From Promethearchaeum syntrophicum (GTDB lineage Archaea; Asgardarchaeota; Lokiarchaeia; Sigyniarchaeales; Promethearchaeaceae), in contig NZ_CP042905.2 of assembly GCF_008000775.2 (NCBI RefSeq), positions 2,730,001-2,762,000 on the forward strand: a stretch of 32,000 nucleotides of DNA, written 5' to 3'. Within the stretch, counting starts at the first letter, position 1; each line of letters starts with the position of its first letter. Positions 10,293 through 20,460 of the stretch are shown here, piece after piece. Below the pieces are notes generated by a model. That model was not told where the DNA came from, ran no database searches, and worked only from the letters and a program-made list of their open reading frames with translations. The translations under genes and the position numbers were made by a program.

Positions 10293-11177
10293 ATGAAAAT
10301 AATCGAAGTTGATCACGGAAAATGCATTAATTGCCTGGAATGTGTCGCAGAATGCCCATCACACTTGTTTTTTAAGGAAACCGTCGATTCGGAAAATCAA
10401 GTGGTATTTGTTGATCCGTATTCCAATTGTATTCAATGTGGGCATTGCCTTTCAATCTGCCCAACAGATGCGATAATCTATCAAAGTGTTGAAAAAATGA
10501 TTAAGATTCAAAAAAATTCAATGGATGTTAAGACTTTGTTTCCACAACTAAAATTGCTTTTACAAACTAGACGTTCCATCCGTAGATATCATCCTGAACC
10601 TGTTTCAGAATCGAATATAAAAGAAATATTAGATGTAATGAAGTATGCTCCAAGTGCAAGCAATGCGCGGGCGTGGAAATTTTTAATTTTAACCGATCCA
10701 AAGAAGATTCAAACATTATCTCAAAAAATTGTTAAAACCATTGGCTTAACCCGGAAACTGGTCTCAAATTTCTTCGTAAAAAATTTTTTCATTTGGGGTC
10801 AACTGAGAAAAACAATACGAGAACCGAGTTTCGTTGTTTCGATGGACAGGATTACGGCAGATTCACTTGCTGGTAAGGATCCTATATTTTTTAATGCTCC
10901 ATGTGTAGTATTTCTCTATTCTCCAAATTATGGAAACCTTGCAGGGTGTGATAGTGGAATAATATCAACTTACGGAATGTTAGCTGCAGAAACTCTTGGA
11001 TTAGGTTCTTGTTGGATTGGACTTGCTCAAGAACCTCTTCAGAGACTCAGATCATTAAGTAAGTTTATTGGAATTCCCCGTAGACACACTGTATGGGGAT
11101 GTTTTATTCTTGGAAAACCTGTACCGAATTTTAAAAACATTCCTCCAAAAACAGATTTATCTGTAAAGAGAATTTAA
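10293..11177 (+). CDS. Nitroreductase-family protein with N-terminal 2x[4Fe-4S] ferredoxin domain
   Basis: CINCLECVAECP and CIQCGHCLSICP clusters, then RRSIRRYHPEPVSESNIKEILDVMKYAPSASNARAWKFLILTDP and LGSCWIG. Confidence 0.9.
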   Translation: MKIIEVDHGKCINCLECVAECPSHLFFKETVDSENQVVFVDPYSNCIQCGHCLSICPTDAIIYQSVEKMIKIQKNSMDVKTLFPQLKLLLQTRRSIRRYHPEPVSESNIKEILDVMKYAPSASNARAWKFLILTDPKKIQTLSQKIVKTIGLTRKLVSNFFVKNFFIWGQLRKTIREPSFVVSMDRITADSLAGKDPIFFNAPCVVFLYSPNYGNLAGCDSGIISTYGMLAAETLGLGSCWIGLAQEPLQRLRSLSKFIGIPRRHTVWGCFILGKPVPNFKNIPPKTDLSVKRI

Positions 11178-11232
11178 TCTGTAAGGAGAACCAAAAAAAA
11201 CCAAAATAAAAGGATAGGACGCAGCAGATTAT

Positions 11233-12246
11233 ATGAAAATTTTAGTGACGGGTGCCAATGGTTTTATCGGGAGTAATTTCTGTAAATTCTTAGTCTCTCA
11301 ACAGATTTTTCCCAGGGTTTTTATACGGAAAAATTGTGATATGTCTCTTTTTAAACAATTAGTCCCCGAATGGAAGCAATTAGAATATGTATATGGAGAT
11401 TTACGTGATAAATCCTCAATTCGTCCAGCGGTCCGAGGCGTAGAATATATATTTCATATCGCAGGAACAATAAAGGGTAGCTCTTGGATTGAATTTTATG
11501 AAGGCAATTGTTTAGGTACTTTAAATTTAATCAAAATTTGCGAAGAAGAAAATCCCGATATCAAAAGACTTGTGTTTACTTCTTCGATGGTAGCTGGAGG
11601 TCCAGGAACCCCTGAATCTCCACAATGCGAGGATACTCCTTCAAAACCGTTAGAAAATGACTGGTACGGTATCTCAAAATACTACACAGAATGTTGCTCA
11701 AAAAAGCAGACTAATAAACTTCCGATTGTAATAATCCGACCTCCGATGGTTATTGGTCCAGGGGATAAAATATCGTTCGATCTTTTTAATATTGCGAAAA
11801 TAGGCATTAAAGTCTTTGTCTCTGGAACCCCCCGCCAATTTAGCATGGTCCATGTGGAGGATTTAGTGAAAGGAATCTTCTTATGTGGTACTCATCCTAA
11901 AGCAATCGGAGAAACCTTTAATTTTGCTTACGATGGAACTATCAGTTATCGAGACTTGCATGAAGTTATTGCTACCAAATTATTTCATCGAAAATATGGC
12001 AATTTGATTCCAATTCCGATTCCCCCCCCATTATTCTATTTTGTTGGGCTAATTTTGGAACTTGTGAGTAAAATTTCACACGAACCGCCATTCTTAAATC
12101 GACCAAAAGCAATTCAAGCATCCGCTTCTGGTCAAACGATGAGTAACCAAAAAGCGAAGCAAATTTTAGGATGGAAACCCAAATTTAGTAAAATTTCCGC
12201 ACTAGAACATGCCGGAAGATGGTATCAGCAACAAAAATGGTTATAG
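11233..12246 (+). CDS. NAD-dependent epimerase/dehydratase (extended SDR)
   Basis: MKILVTGANGFIGSNFCKFL (TGxxGFIG), SSMVAGG, YGISKYYTE (YxxxK), RPPMVIGPGD. Confidence 0.9.
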   Translation: MKILVTGANGFIGSNFCKFLVSQQIFPRVFIRKNCDMSLFKQLVPEWKQLEYVYGDLRDKSSIRPAVRGVEYIFHIAGTIKGSSWIEFYEGNCLGTLNLIKICEEENPDIKRLVFTSSMVAGGPGTPESPQCEDTPSKPLENDWYGISKYYTECCSKKQTNKLPIVIIRPPMVIGPGDKISFDLFNIAKIGIKVFVSGTPRQFSMVHVEDLVKGIFLCGTHPKAIGETFNFAYDGTISYRDLHEVIATKLFHRKYGNLIPIPIPPPLFYFVGLILELVSKISHEPPFLNRPKAIQASASGQTMSNQKAKQILGWKPKFSKISALEHAGRWYQQQKWL

Positions 12247-12436
12247 TTTTGTTAGTTTTTTTAAGATTATTTCCTTTTTCTTTTAGTAAACATACGTTTG
12301 CATTAATCTTTATATAATAATGCATCTTACCCTCATAAAACAGATGCATTATATCCCAAAATATTACATATATTCACATTTTAATTAATTCTTTTCTTAC
12401 GGAAAGGTTTTAATATTTTGAACTCATTTTTGTCAT

Positions 12437-12622
12437 ATGAAAGAATTTAATGGATTATTTCTATTTGCTATATTAGGGCTTTTAACTGCCATTGCTTTTG
12501 GGATTACTATGAGCATTTATTCGAATTTTACAATATTCGGGAATTTCTTACTGATAGCTATTTTTATCTTGTTTTTTATCGGTTTATATGGAATTGCATT
12601 TATGGTTAGAAAAGAAAAATAA
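12437..12622 (+). CDS. Small two-TM membrane protein
   Basis: 61 aa with two hydrophobic segments; A/T-rich upstream region. Confidence 0.5.
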   Translation: MKEFNGLFLFAILGLLTAIAFGITMSIYSNFTIFGNFLLIAIFILFFIGLYGIAFMVRKEK

Positions 12623-12751
12623 TGCATCAATCTAGAAAGTATCAGAAAATTGCTCTTCTGCGAATTTTACTTTCTTTTTATATGTAGCATTGAGGATTGA
12701 ATTATAATTTGAAATAAAGAATCTATAATAGAAAAGAAACTTAAATTACTC

Positions 12752-12967
12752 ATGAAATCTAATATGGGAAAGAAAGATCGAATGATTCGATCGATTGTAG
12801 GCGCAATCTTATTGATTGTAGGGTTGTTGCTTGGATTTTTGAATGCATGGAATTGGATTCCAATTGTCTTACTTATATTTGCCACTGTCTTTATTCTCAC
12901 TGCAATTATTGGGTTCTGTCCGCTTTATTGTCCCTTCAAAATATCAACGAAAAAGTCTGACAAGTAA
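12752..12967 (+). CDS. DUF2892 / YgaP-like small transmembrane protein
   Basis: MGKKDRMIRSIVGAILLIVGLLLGF...LLIFATVFILTAIIGFCPLYCPFKIST matches the family pattern (ENxGxxDRxiRxxxG ... TxxxGxCPlYxxxGi). Confidence 0.8.
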   Translation: MKSNMGKKDRMIRSIVGAILLIVGLLLGFLNAWNWIPIVLLIFATVFILTAIIGFCPLYCPFKISTKKSDK

Positions 12968-13275
12968 GATAGTAGTTTATTTGCATGTAGCAACGTATCC
13001 TTTTTTTCTTAATTTTCCTTTTTTTAAGAGAAATATCTGCATAAATAAAACCTGCGTTTGATAATTTTATGATTCCCGAAAAATTGTATATTTTATTTTC
13101 TTTTTTTAATTTGAGAAGTATTTTTATTATTCCATTGGATTCTGTTGTATTTATTCCACCATTTCGACTTTCGAATATGGAACGTCATCATGAAATTTTA
13201 AATATAAAAGAACGGTCTATTTTTCCAATACCCTCAAAACTAAGAGTCTTCACTGGTTGGTACTAATTAGATAAC

Positions 13276-15234
13276 TTATAGCCAACGTAAAAGAATTTTT
13301 TTAACTTCATTGATGGTAAATGGTTTTTCAAGCACACCTTTAAAATTATACTCTGAGAAATTTGCCATCACAGGATCAGTAGAATACCCACTAGAAACGA
13401 TTGCTGTGACATCTGGATCAATTTTTACTAATGCTTCGATCGTATCTTTTCCGCCCATTCCCCCTGGAATTGTTAAATCCATGATAACGATATCATAGGG
13501 GTCATTGTTTTGAAGTGCTTGTTCATATAATTGTAAGATATTATAGCCGTCTGTGACAAAATCAGCTTTTTGATTTAGGATATGGAACATTTTTTTTAAT
13601 AATTTTATTACTGTACTATCATCTTCTAAAACAAGTATTTTACCCCTTTTTGTTAATACTATGTCAATTTCTTTTTTATCATGTTCTACTGCTTGTTGTG
13701 ATACTGGTAGAAAGATATCAAAAGTTGTTCCAACATCTACCGTCGATGTGAACGATATCTTCCCATTGTGTTTTTTAATTATTGAATAAACTGTTGCAAG
13801 ACCCAATCCATTTCCATTGGGTTTGGTGGAGAAATAAGGGGAAAATATCTTTTTTTGAACTTGGGGAGGGATCCCTATACCTTGATCTGATATTGAAATT
13901 TTTATATATTGTCCAGGTTTTAACATAACTTTCCTATCCAATTCTTTAAATTGAATTTGAGAAAGGGCAATTGTGATAATTCCTCCATGTTCCATAGCTT
14001 GATCAGCATTTAATAGAATATTATTAATTACTTGTTCAATTTGCCCAGCATCCACATTCACTGGTGGAACTTTATCATGAGGAAGAAATTTGCATATTGA
14101 TTTGGATCCTGGCATTACCAGCTTCATTGAAAATTCAATAATCTTTTCAATATCTTGAGCTTTTTTAATTGGTTCTCCGCCTTTTGAGAATGTCAGTAAC
14201 TGTCTGGTGAGAGCTGTAGCTTTTTTGGTAGCTTCGGAAATATCTTCTAACATTTCACCAATTTCTGAGCTGAAATTCTCTTCTGAATGTTGGATAAGAT
14301 TTACATTCCCTAAAATTCCCACTAAGATATTATTAAAATCATGAGCAAGTCCTCCTGCTAAAATTCCCACTGAATCTAACTTCTGACTTTGATATTTCTC
14401 AAATTCTAATTTCTTTAATTCTGTAATATCTCTCCCCACACCATATATTTCCTGTATATTTCCCTCTGAATCAAATAACGGAGATGCATTGGTCGAAAAA
14501 TTACGATAACTCCCATTTTTTGCTTTAAATCGATACTCTACATTCCTAATTTCCTTACCTTCTAATAATGGTAGTTTTGCTTTGATTAATCCTTCTAAGT
14601 CTTCAGGGTGGATCAAATGCGAAATATCTTTATGCAATAGTTCTTCGTTTGAATATCCTAATGTTTTATTAAATGTTGGATTGATATAGATAAATTCTCC
14701 GTGTAAATCCTCGCTGAATATAAAGTCGGTAGAAAATTCAACGAGATTTTTATATTTTTCTTCACTTTCACGTAATTTTTTTTCCGCAGTTCTTTGGTCA
14801 GTAATATCAATCAGAGAACTGATTATATATTCTTCACTCTCAATCTCAATAATTTCGGCTGAGACCAATGCAATGAGTTTCTGGCGGGATTTTGTACGAA
14901 ACATCATCTCCAAATTACTGACTTTTCCATCCCGTATTAGCCGATTTTTAAATTTTTCTCGTGATTCTTCTGAATAAATATTTAGACTTGTTGATGTCTG
15001 TCCTATTGCTTCACTTCTGGTATACTCTAATGATTTCACAAATGCTTCATTCACATCTATAAACAATCCATCTTTCAATTTAGTTAAAGCCGTTATAATT
15101 GGATTTGAATAAAATATTTTCGAAAATTTTAGCTGCTTTTCCAACTGTGAGATATAGACGAGCGCATCATCTAATGACTTTAAATGCTCTTTTTTTTTCC
15201 TGTTTTGTATATCTTGAGTGGATTGTTTTAACAT
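13276..15234 (-). CDS. Cytosolic hybrid sensor histidine kinase: PAS-PAS-HisKA-HATPase-receiver
   Basis: H-box LAGGLAHDFNNILVGILGN; N-box INNILLNADQAM; DQGIGIPPQVQKKIFSPYFSTK; GNGLGLATV; receiver KILVLEDDSTV...DIVIMDLTIPGGMGG...LEKPF. No TM segment. Confidence 0.92.
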   Translation of the reverse strand: MLKQSTQDIQNRKKKEHLKSLDDALVYISQLEKQLKFSKIFYSNPIITALTKLKDGLFIDVNEAFVKSLEYTRSEAIGQTSTSLNIYSEESREKFKNRLIRDGKVSNLEMMFRTKSRQKLIALVSAEIIEIESEEYIISSLIDITDQRTAEKKLRESEEKYKNLVEFSTDFIFSEDLHGEFIYINPTFNKTLGYSNEELLHKDISHLIHPEDLEGLIKAKLPLLEGKEIRNVEYRFKAKNGSYRNFSTNASPLFDSEGNIQEIYGVGRDITELKKLEFEKYQSQKLDSVGILAGGLAHDFNNILVGILGNVNLIQHSEENFSSEIGEMLEDISEATKKATALTRQLLTFSKGGEPIKKAQDIEKIIEFSMKLVMPGSKSICKFLPHDKVPPVNVDAGQIEQVINNILLNADQAMEHGGIITIALSQIQFKELDRKVMLKPGQYIKISISDQGIGIPPQVQKKIFSPYFSTKPNGNGLGLATVYSIIKKHNGKISFTSTVDVGTTFDIFLPVSQQAVEHDKKEIDIVLTKRGKILVLEDDSTVIKLLKKMFHILNQKADFVTDGYNILQLYEQALQNNDPYDIVIMDLTIPGGMGGKDTIEALVKIDPDVTAIVSSGYSTDPVMANFSEYNFKGVLEKPFTINEVKKILLRWL

Positions 15235-15559
15235 GCTTTTCGCCTTCTAAATTGAATTTAAAATGGGGGATAACGTTGTAATTAGTTTTACCGACTTTAA
15301 ATTTTTAATCCAAATAGAAAGTAATCAAAAGGGCAATTTTGATTATAATTTCATCATTCCTAAACAAAATTTTATTGTTAAGAGTTTTATACATTTCCCC
15401 TCTATTGCCCTCAATTGTGCCAATTAAATCATCCTATCTACTTTTACTGTTAACATTTCATTTTTCAAAATACATTCTAAATAGAAAAAAACTTAGATGT
15501 TGGAGATTTCCTCACAGATTTTTCTAGAATTTTAACAAAGTGAGTGAAGAAAAAAGTAT

Positions 15560-16471
15560 ATGAATATGCGGATATTGATTTCGAATAATGAGAAGGAAAA
15601 AAATAAGGAAATTAACGTAAATATGATAAAGCAGAGTTTTCAGATTTGTGAGGGGATAGGAGAGCTAACTGAACAAAAATTATGGCAATTGGGATTTCAA
15701 AATTGGGACAAAATTCTACAATCTAAAATGCCAGAGTCATTTTCCCGAGCAAAATGGCGTAACCTACAATCAGAACTGGTTAAATTTAAGACCATATTGG
15801 ATAAAAATGATTTTTCCGAATTCAATAAGGTATGTCCTTCAAAATTACTTTGGAGATCCATTCCAGAATTATTTGGAAAAATCGCTTTTCTTGATATTGA
15901 AACAACGGGATTAAACAGATTTCGCAATAAAATCACAACAATTGCGGTGTACGATGGAATTCAATGTCATAATTTTGTTAATGGAAAGAATCTTGATGAT
16001 TTTCCAGAGTTTATTAAGAAGTTTCCTGCTATCGCCACATATTACGGGAAAGGTTTTGATATCCCGTTTATAAACCATAAATTGGGGATTCATATGGATC
16101 AAATTCATTATGATTTATGCTTTCTCTTAAGAAAAGTAGGAATTACCGGAGGTTTAAAGTCAATCGAAAAACAATTTAAAATCTCCCGGGGAAATATGGC
16201 AGATCTAGATGGGTATTCAGCTGTTGTCTTGTGGAAAAAATACCAAAAAACGAAGGAGGAAAAATATCTACACACCCTACTGGCGTATAATAATGAAGAT
16301 GTCATTAATCTTGAACCTCTTCTTTGTATTGCTTACAATAAACTAATCCGAAAATTTGACACTCCCTTTAAAAAATTAGTAAATCCAGTCAAAAAAATTC
16401 CCAATCCTTTTATTGCAGATAAATCTGTAATCAAAGAATTAAAAAGGGAAACGTTGTCATATTTTCCTTGA
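15560..16471 (+). CDS. YprB-like RNase H-fold (DEDD-type) exonuclease
   Basis: FLDIETTGL, YYGKGFDIPFI, HYDLCFLLRKVGITGGLKSIEKQF, YNNEDVINLEPLL. Confidence 0.85.
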   Translation: MNMRILISNNEKEKNKEINVNMIKQSFQICEGIGELTEQKLWQLGFQNWDKILQSKMPESFSRAKWRNLQSELVKFKTILDKNDFSEFNKVCPSKLLWRSIPELFGKIAFLDIETTGLNRFRNKITTIAVYDGIQCHNFVNGKNLDDFPEFIKKFPAIATYYGKGFDIPFINHKLGIHMDQIHYDLCFLLRKVGITGGLKSIEKQFKISRGNMADLDGYSAVVLWKKYQKTKEEKYLHTLLAYNNEDVINLEPLLCIAYNKLIRKFDTPFKKLVNPVKKIPNPFIADKSVIKELKRETLSYFP

Positions 16472-16545
16472 AATGGAGTAATAAAACAATAATGAATATT
16501 TTTTGAAATATAATCTATTCTTTCAAGCAAAGGAGAACCCATATT

Positions 16546-17187
16546 ATGACAAGTTTAAGTAAAAAGAATATCAATTGCCCCAAATGTCATCAATCTTTTT
16601 CCATTATTACTGAAGCGTCTATAAATACATGGATGAATCCTGAATTAGTGGAAAAATTTCTAAACGATCAGTATTACTTTTCTTGCCCATTTTGCGGGGC
16701 AACCGTCCATTTTGGGCACACTATGATTATCAGTGGTCCGAAAGGAATGTTCTCCATGCGAAATGATGCATCTTATGATAGTAAGAAAGCCAAATTAATA
16801 GAATATGGGGTTCTACAAGGTGAGGGGCAAGATAGTTCCAGCTACGTAAAGGAAACAATCAGTAATTTGGAAAAAACCAAAAAGGAAAATATAGAGCGAA
16901 AAAAGCAAAAAAACCCCCAGATTACGCTAAAAACCATGATTTTAGAATTATATTCCGTACTTCGCAGCAAAAGGTTTAAAGAGATGAAAATTGACAATTT
17001 TGATTGGAATGACTATAATAAAATAACTTTAAAAATAAATGAAGAGCAAGAACGGGAACACAACCCAAATTATTCCAATCCTCTGAGTGATAATTCAGCT
17101 TTATTGGAAGATGATGAAGAATTGATGAACACCTGGAAAAAAATTAAAGAAATTATGGCGCAAGAACAGCGACCTTTACGATCATAG
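16546..17187 (+). CDS. CpXC-domain zinc-binding protein
   Basis: CPKCHQSFSIITEASINTWMNPELVEKFLNDQYYFSCPFCGATVHFGHTMII: two CPxC motifs with CpXC-like spacing. Confidence 0.75.
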   Translation: MTSLSKKNINCPKCHQSFSIITEASINTWMNPELVEKFLNDQYYFSCPFCGATVHFGHTMIISGPKGMFSMRNDASYDSKKAKLIEYGVLQGEGQDSSSYVKETISNLEKTKKENIERKKQKNPQITLKTMILELYSVLRSKRFKEMKIDNFDWNDYNKITLKINEEQEREHNPNYSNPLSDNSALLEDDEELMNTWKKIKEIMAQEQRPLRS

Positions 17188-17250
17188 GGGGACTATTCAT
17201 TCTTCAAAGAAATGTAAAAAATATATAAATAAAAATCATTCCCCAAAATG

Positions 17251-19260
17251 TTAGATTTTTTCTTGATAAATCGAAAAGAAAATCTGTTGAAGCTTCGAAT
17301 GTTGGCGTAATTTTTCCAATTCTTCGACTTTTGGATTGTTATTCTCATCAAAGTATTTTATAAACGCTTGATACGGTTTATTCTTCTTTGCCACCCCATC
17401 TCGCATTAATTCATGCCCGGTAATTCCGAACTCATTTTCAAAGTCCACATCTAATGTAATATAATGCCCATGTCCACTTTCCGCAATTCTTCTTATATGA
17501 TAATTTGTACTCTTCATTGATTTATCCCCGGAACCTTTATCATCATCTATTATAATCACATACGGAATTTGAAACCCATTGAGCATTTCTTGATAGAGTT
17601 GCATATTAAATTTCCCATTACAGTCAACATATGTGGTAGTCACCCTTTTAGCAACTAAATCCGGAAAGAAATAATCCGCCCACCTTTGCAACATAATTTT
17701 TTCGGTCTCCCCCTCGACCAACACTACTTTATCGGCAAAAAATAATTCACTCCGATTGGGATTCATAAAATAACTGAGGTTTATTTCATTAATTCGATGG
17801 ATCTTTTCATATTCTCTCCCATGGGTATGAATGATATCTTTCACTTTGAGTTCGTAATCGATTTCTTCGATGGGTTGCAAAATGGATGTTGCCTCATATG
17901 CCCCCTTCTTACTTTTTAATACTTTCGCCACCGATTTATAGTCATTAAAATCGATGAAATTTGGTGCATGCGTATTCAAAATGATTTGGTGATTATCCGT
18001 ACTTGCGATTTTAAGGAGGTAGTTTCGCATTAAATCCTGATATTGGGGGTGAAGGAACAGCTCGGGCTCTTCAATGGCAAAATACACTGAATTCGATATT
18101 GCTGGAACTAGGTCTTTTGCTTCTTCATCGCCTTCTTTCCCACTTTTTTTTTGGAATTCCTCTTTATTTTTCACTAATAATGTCTCTGCCCATATTTTAA
18201 ACAATGAAACCATAAAATACCGTTGAAGCCCATGCCCTTTCTCCGAAACTAAAGTGTCTACTCCATCATTCATATAAATTTTTAACGAATCTCGCACCAT
18301 TTTGTTGATATTTGGCAATACGGTATCAAACCGAATATTCGAACCGTCGAATTCTTTGAGCGTATTATTAAGCTTGGATGCTAATTTATTTAGCTCTGAA
18401 GATGAATTGTCAATTTGGTAGATTTTATTCATAATATCCCGAATTTGCTGGTTATGTGCGCGCTCTTTTTCTTCATCGCGCATCTGATCCAGAATATAAT
18501 TCATTAATTTGTTAATACTGGATGGTCCTTTGGCTTTATAAGTGGTTTCTTCATCAATGTCTTGAACCGCTGGAATAAAATAATAATTCCCCAAATATCG
18601 CGCGATATTTGTGGTACCAATTTTACTTCTAACGTACTTCTTTTTCATCTTTAGCGAGTTTATTCCAGGGTGCTGTTTAATATATTGAGTTTTAAGGGCA
18701 TTCATATCAGCGATTGATAAGCGCGATGATGGATTCTTTCCCGCTTTTTTCAGTTTCTCTTTCTTTTTCTTAATATATTCTTCCATCAATTGTTTGAATT
18801 CCTCAGGAACGCTCGGATCTACTTGGAATTCTTTTTTGGAGATTAAACTTTCATCATAAAGAAAACCATAGCGATTTTTTGCGGCAGGAGATGAAAGATC
18901 GGGGATTAATTTGGCTATCTCATACTTAAGTTTCATTTTTTCTTGATTGTGAAGGGTTAACTTAATTTCAACTTGAGCCTTTTCTGTGCCTTCAAATAGA
19001 ATATTTCCTTGATACAGCTTCTTTTCTCCTTCTAATAGATCGATAAATGTTAGCGTTATCGAGATTTCATTTTCCCGCTTTTTCCCTTCTAATCTAAAAT
19101 CATCTTCCACGGGTTTTCTGCCGAAAAATACATCCAACGCTTTCATTATATTCGATTTACCCGAGTTATTCTTTCCTACAAACACCATATACGGAAAAAA
19201 ATAAAATTCTGCACTTTTAATCGTCCGAAAATTGGTAATTGCCACTTTCTTAATTTTCAT
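17251..19260 (-). CDS. OLD-family endonuclease: ABC-type ATPase plus C-terminal TOPRIM
   Basis: Walker A VGKNNSGKSNIMKAL, Walker B/signature YFAIEEPELFLHPQYQDLM, ILNTHAPNFI, TOPRIM VVLVEGETEKIML...VIIIDDDKGS. Reverse complement at 19260 starts ATGAAAATTAAGAAAGTG. Confidence 0.92.
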   Translation of the reverse strand: MKIKKVAITNFRTIKSAEFYFFPYMVFVGKNNSGKSNIMKALDVFFGRKPVEDDFRLEGKKRENEISITLTFIDLLEGEKKLYQGNILFEGTEKAQVEIKLTLHNQEKMKLKYEIAKLIPDLSSPAAKNRYGFLYDESLISKKEFQVDPSVPEEFKQLMEEYIKKKKEKLKKAGKNPSSRLSIADMNALKTQYIKQHPGINSLKMKKKYVRSKIGTTNIARYLGNYYFIPAVQDIDEETTYKAKGPSSINKLMNYILDQMRDEEKERAHNQQIRDIMNKIYQIDNSSSELNKLASKLNNTLKEFDGSNIRFDTVLPNINKMVRDSLKIYMNDGVDTLVSEKGHGLQRYFMVSLFKIWAETLLVKNKEEFQKKSGKEGDEEAKDLVPAISNSVYFAIEEPELFLHPQYQDLMRNYLLKIASTDNHQIILNTHAPNFIDFNDYKSVAKVLKSKKGAYEATSILQPIEEIDYELKVKDIIHTHGREYEKIHRINEINLSYFMNPNRSELFFADKVVLVEGETEKIMLQRWADYFFPDLVAKRVTTTYVDCNGKFNMQLYQEMLNGFQIPYVIIIDDDKGSGDKSMKSTNYHIRRIAESGHGHYITLDVDFENEFGITGHELMRDGVAKKNKPYQAFIKYFDENNNPKVEELEKLRQHSKLQQIFFSIYQEKI

Positions 19261-19510
19261 TTTTTATTTCGCCTTTTTCCTTCTTTTTTTCTTTGATTTT
19301 TCTTTGTTTTCTCTTAGGTAAATAGTTTTATTAAAAATTACTCGAGTATCTTTTAAAAATTATCGAACAATTCAAATCAAGTAAAATCTAAATGGCACAT
19401 AAAAAGAAATAGCATTAAAAAATAGTGTGAGATATTACTTAGTAGTGAACAGCAATCTATGAAATAAAGAAATTTACTAGCTGATCTCGATTTGGAAATA
19501 GTGATAAGAA

Positions 19511-19753
19511 TTGTCAATACCGAAAGCGTTGCAAATGGTGTTAACTGACCGGATTATTTCAGATTTACAAACTAAAATGATATTTATTAATAAAATCCCC
19601 CAGCAAAAACTCACACAGTTGTTTTTTGATATGTGTGATAGTGGGATCACGCGATATATAAAATCTGAGCAAGAAAAAACACCTGAATTGAATGGTTCTA
19701 CTATAATGAAAAAATATTACCAATTTCATAAATCGAGAAAAAGTGACCCATAA
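19511..19753 (+). CDS. Hypothetical 80-aa protein, translationally coupled to a nucleotidyltransferase-like gene
   Basis: ORF ends at TAA 19751-19753 and overlaps (GTG 19743) or abuts (ATG 19755) the next ORF. Confidence 0.6.
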   Translation: MSIPKALQMVLTDRIISDLQTKMIFINKIPQQKLTQLFFDMCDSGITRYIKSEQEKTPELNGSTIMKKYYQFHKSRKSDP

Positions 19754-20378
19754 GATGGAATCTCTATATTTAAAAGCCCTATCAGCATTTATATCTCTGT
19801 TTGAAGAATTAGAAGAGAAATTCGGGTATAAATATATGTTGGTTGGTGGTGTACTTACTTCAATATATGCAGAAGCCAGACAAACACAAGATGTTGCTAT
19901 TTTAATTCAATTACATTTTTCTCAAGATTCAAAATTGAATTTACGAAATAGTTTTCAAAAATATAATTTTCAACCCATCACCAATTGGGAGGATGTTTTT
20001 CTTACATGGAATTCAAATCAATTTATTCAAATCTTAGATCCGGATGGAATTGTGAAATTAGATATCAATCTTGCAGGATCTTTGCCAAAAAATGATTCAA
20101 TTTATGAAAAGATAAAATTTTTAGCATTAAAAAATCGAAAAAGACATAATTTCAATGGAATTCTGTGTTGGATCCAAGGAATGGAAGATTTTATACTTTC
20201 TAAGTTGGTATATGGTGGGTATCAAGACTACAAAGATGCATTAGCTTGTTGGATTCGCTATAATCAAATATTAAATGTTGAATATCTCCTTAAAAATGCA
20301 AAAGAACTAGGAATAGAAGAAGTTTACCTAGCTTTAACCCGTAATTATTCGGTTGATAAGGTATTTCCTGATGATTAA
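19743..20378 (+). CDS. Nucleotidyltransferase-fold protein (AbiEii/MNT-like), degenerate DxD
   Basis: YMLVGGVLTSIYAEARQTQDVAILIQL...PDGIVKLDINLAG resembles vLvGG...R.T.DvDilv with the second Asp replaced by Ala. Start is GTG 19743 or ATG 19755. Confidence 0.7.
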   Translation: MTHKMESLYLKALSAFISLFEELEEKFGYKYMLVGGVLTSIYAEARQTQDVAILIQLHFSQDSKLNLRNSFQKYNFQPITNWEDVFLTWNSNQFIQILDPDGIVKLDINLAGSLPKNDSIYEKIKFLALKNRKRHNFNGILCWIQGMEDFILSKLVYGGYQDYKDALACWIRYNQILNVEYLLKNAKELGIEEVYLALTRNYSVDKVFPDD

Positions 20379-20409
20379 ACTCTTTAAATAAATAAAAATA
20401 TGAAAAAAT

Positions 20410-20460
20410 GTGAGGTGAGTTGCTATAAGGCGACATCCCTCACGCGAATGCAAAATTGCG
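20410..20460. other. Candidate structured element: two tandem imperfect hairpins in an intergenic region
   Basis: GTGAGG(TGA)GTTGC-TATAAG-GCGAC(ATC)CCTCAC followed by CGC(G)AAT-GCAAA-ATTGCG. Confidence 0.4.

Noticed and set aside
12985-13266. ORF 13069..13266 and a minus-strand frame with weak resemblance to a small domain (INTTESNGIIKILLKLKKENKIYNFSGIIKL)
   Set aside because: Adjacent stops break the minus frame and the similarity is too vague to call; treated as non-coding gap downstream of the kinase gene.
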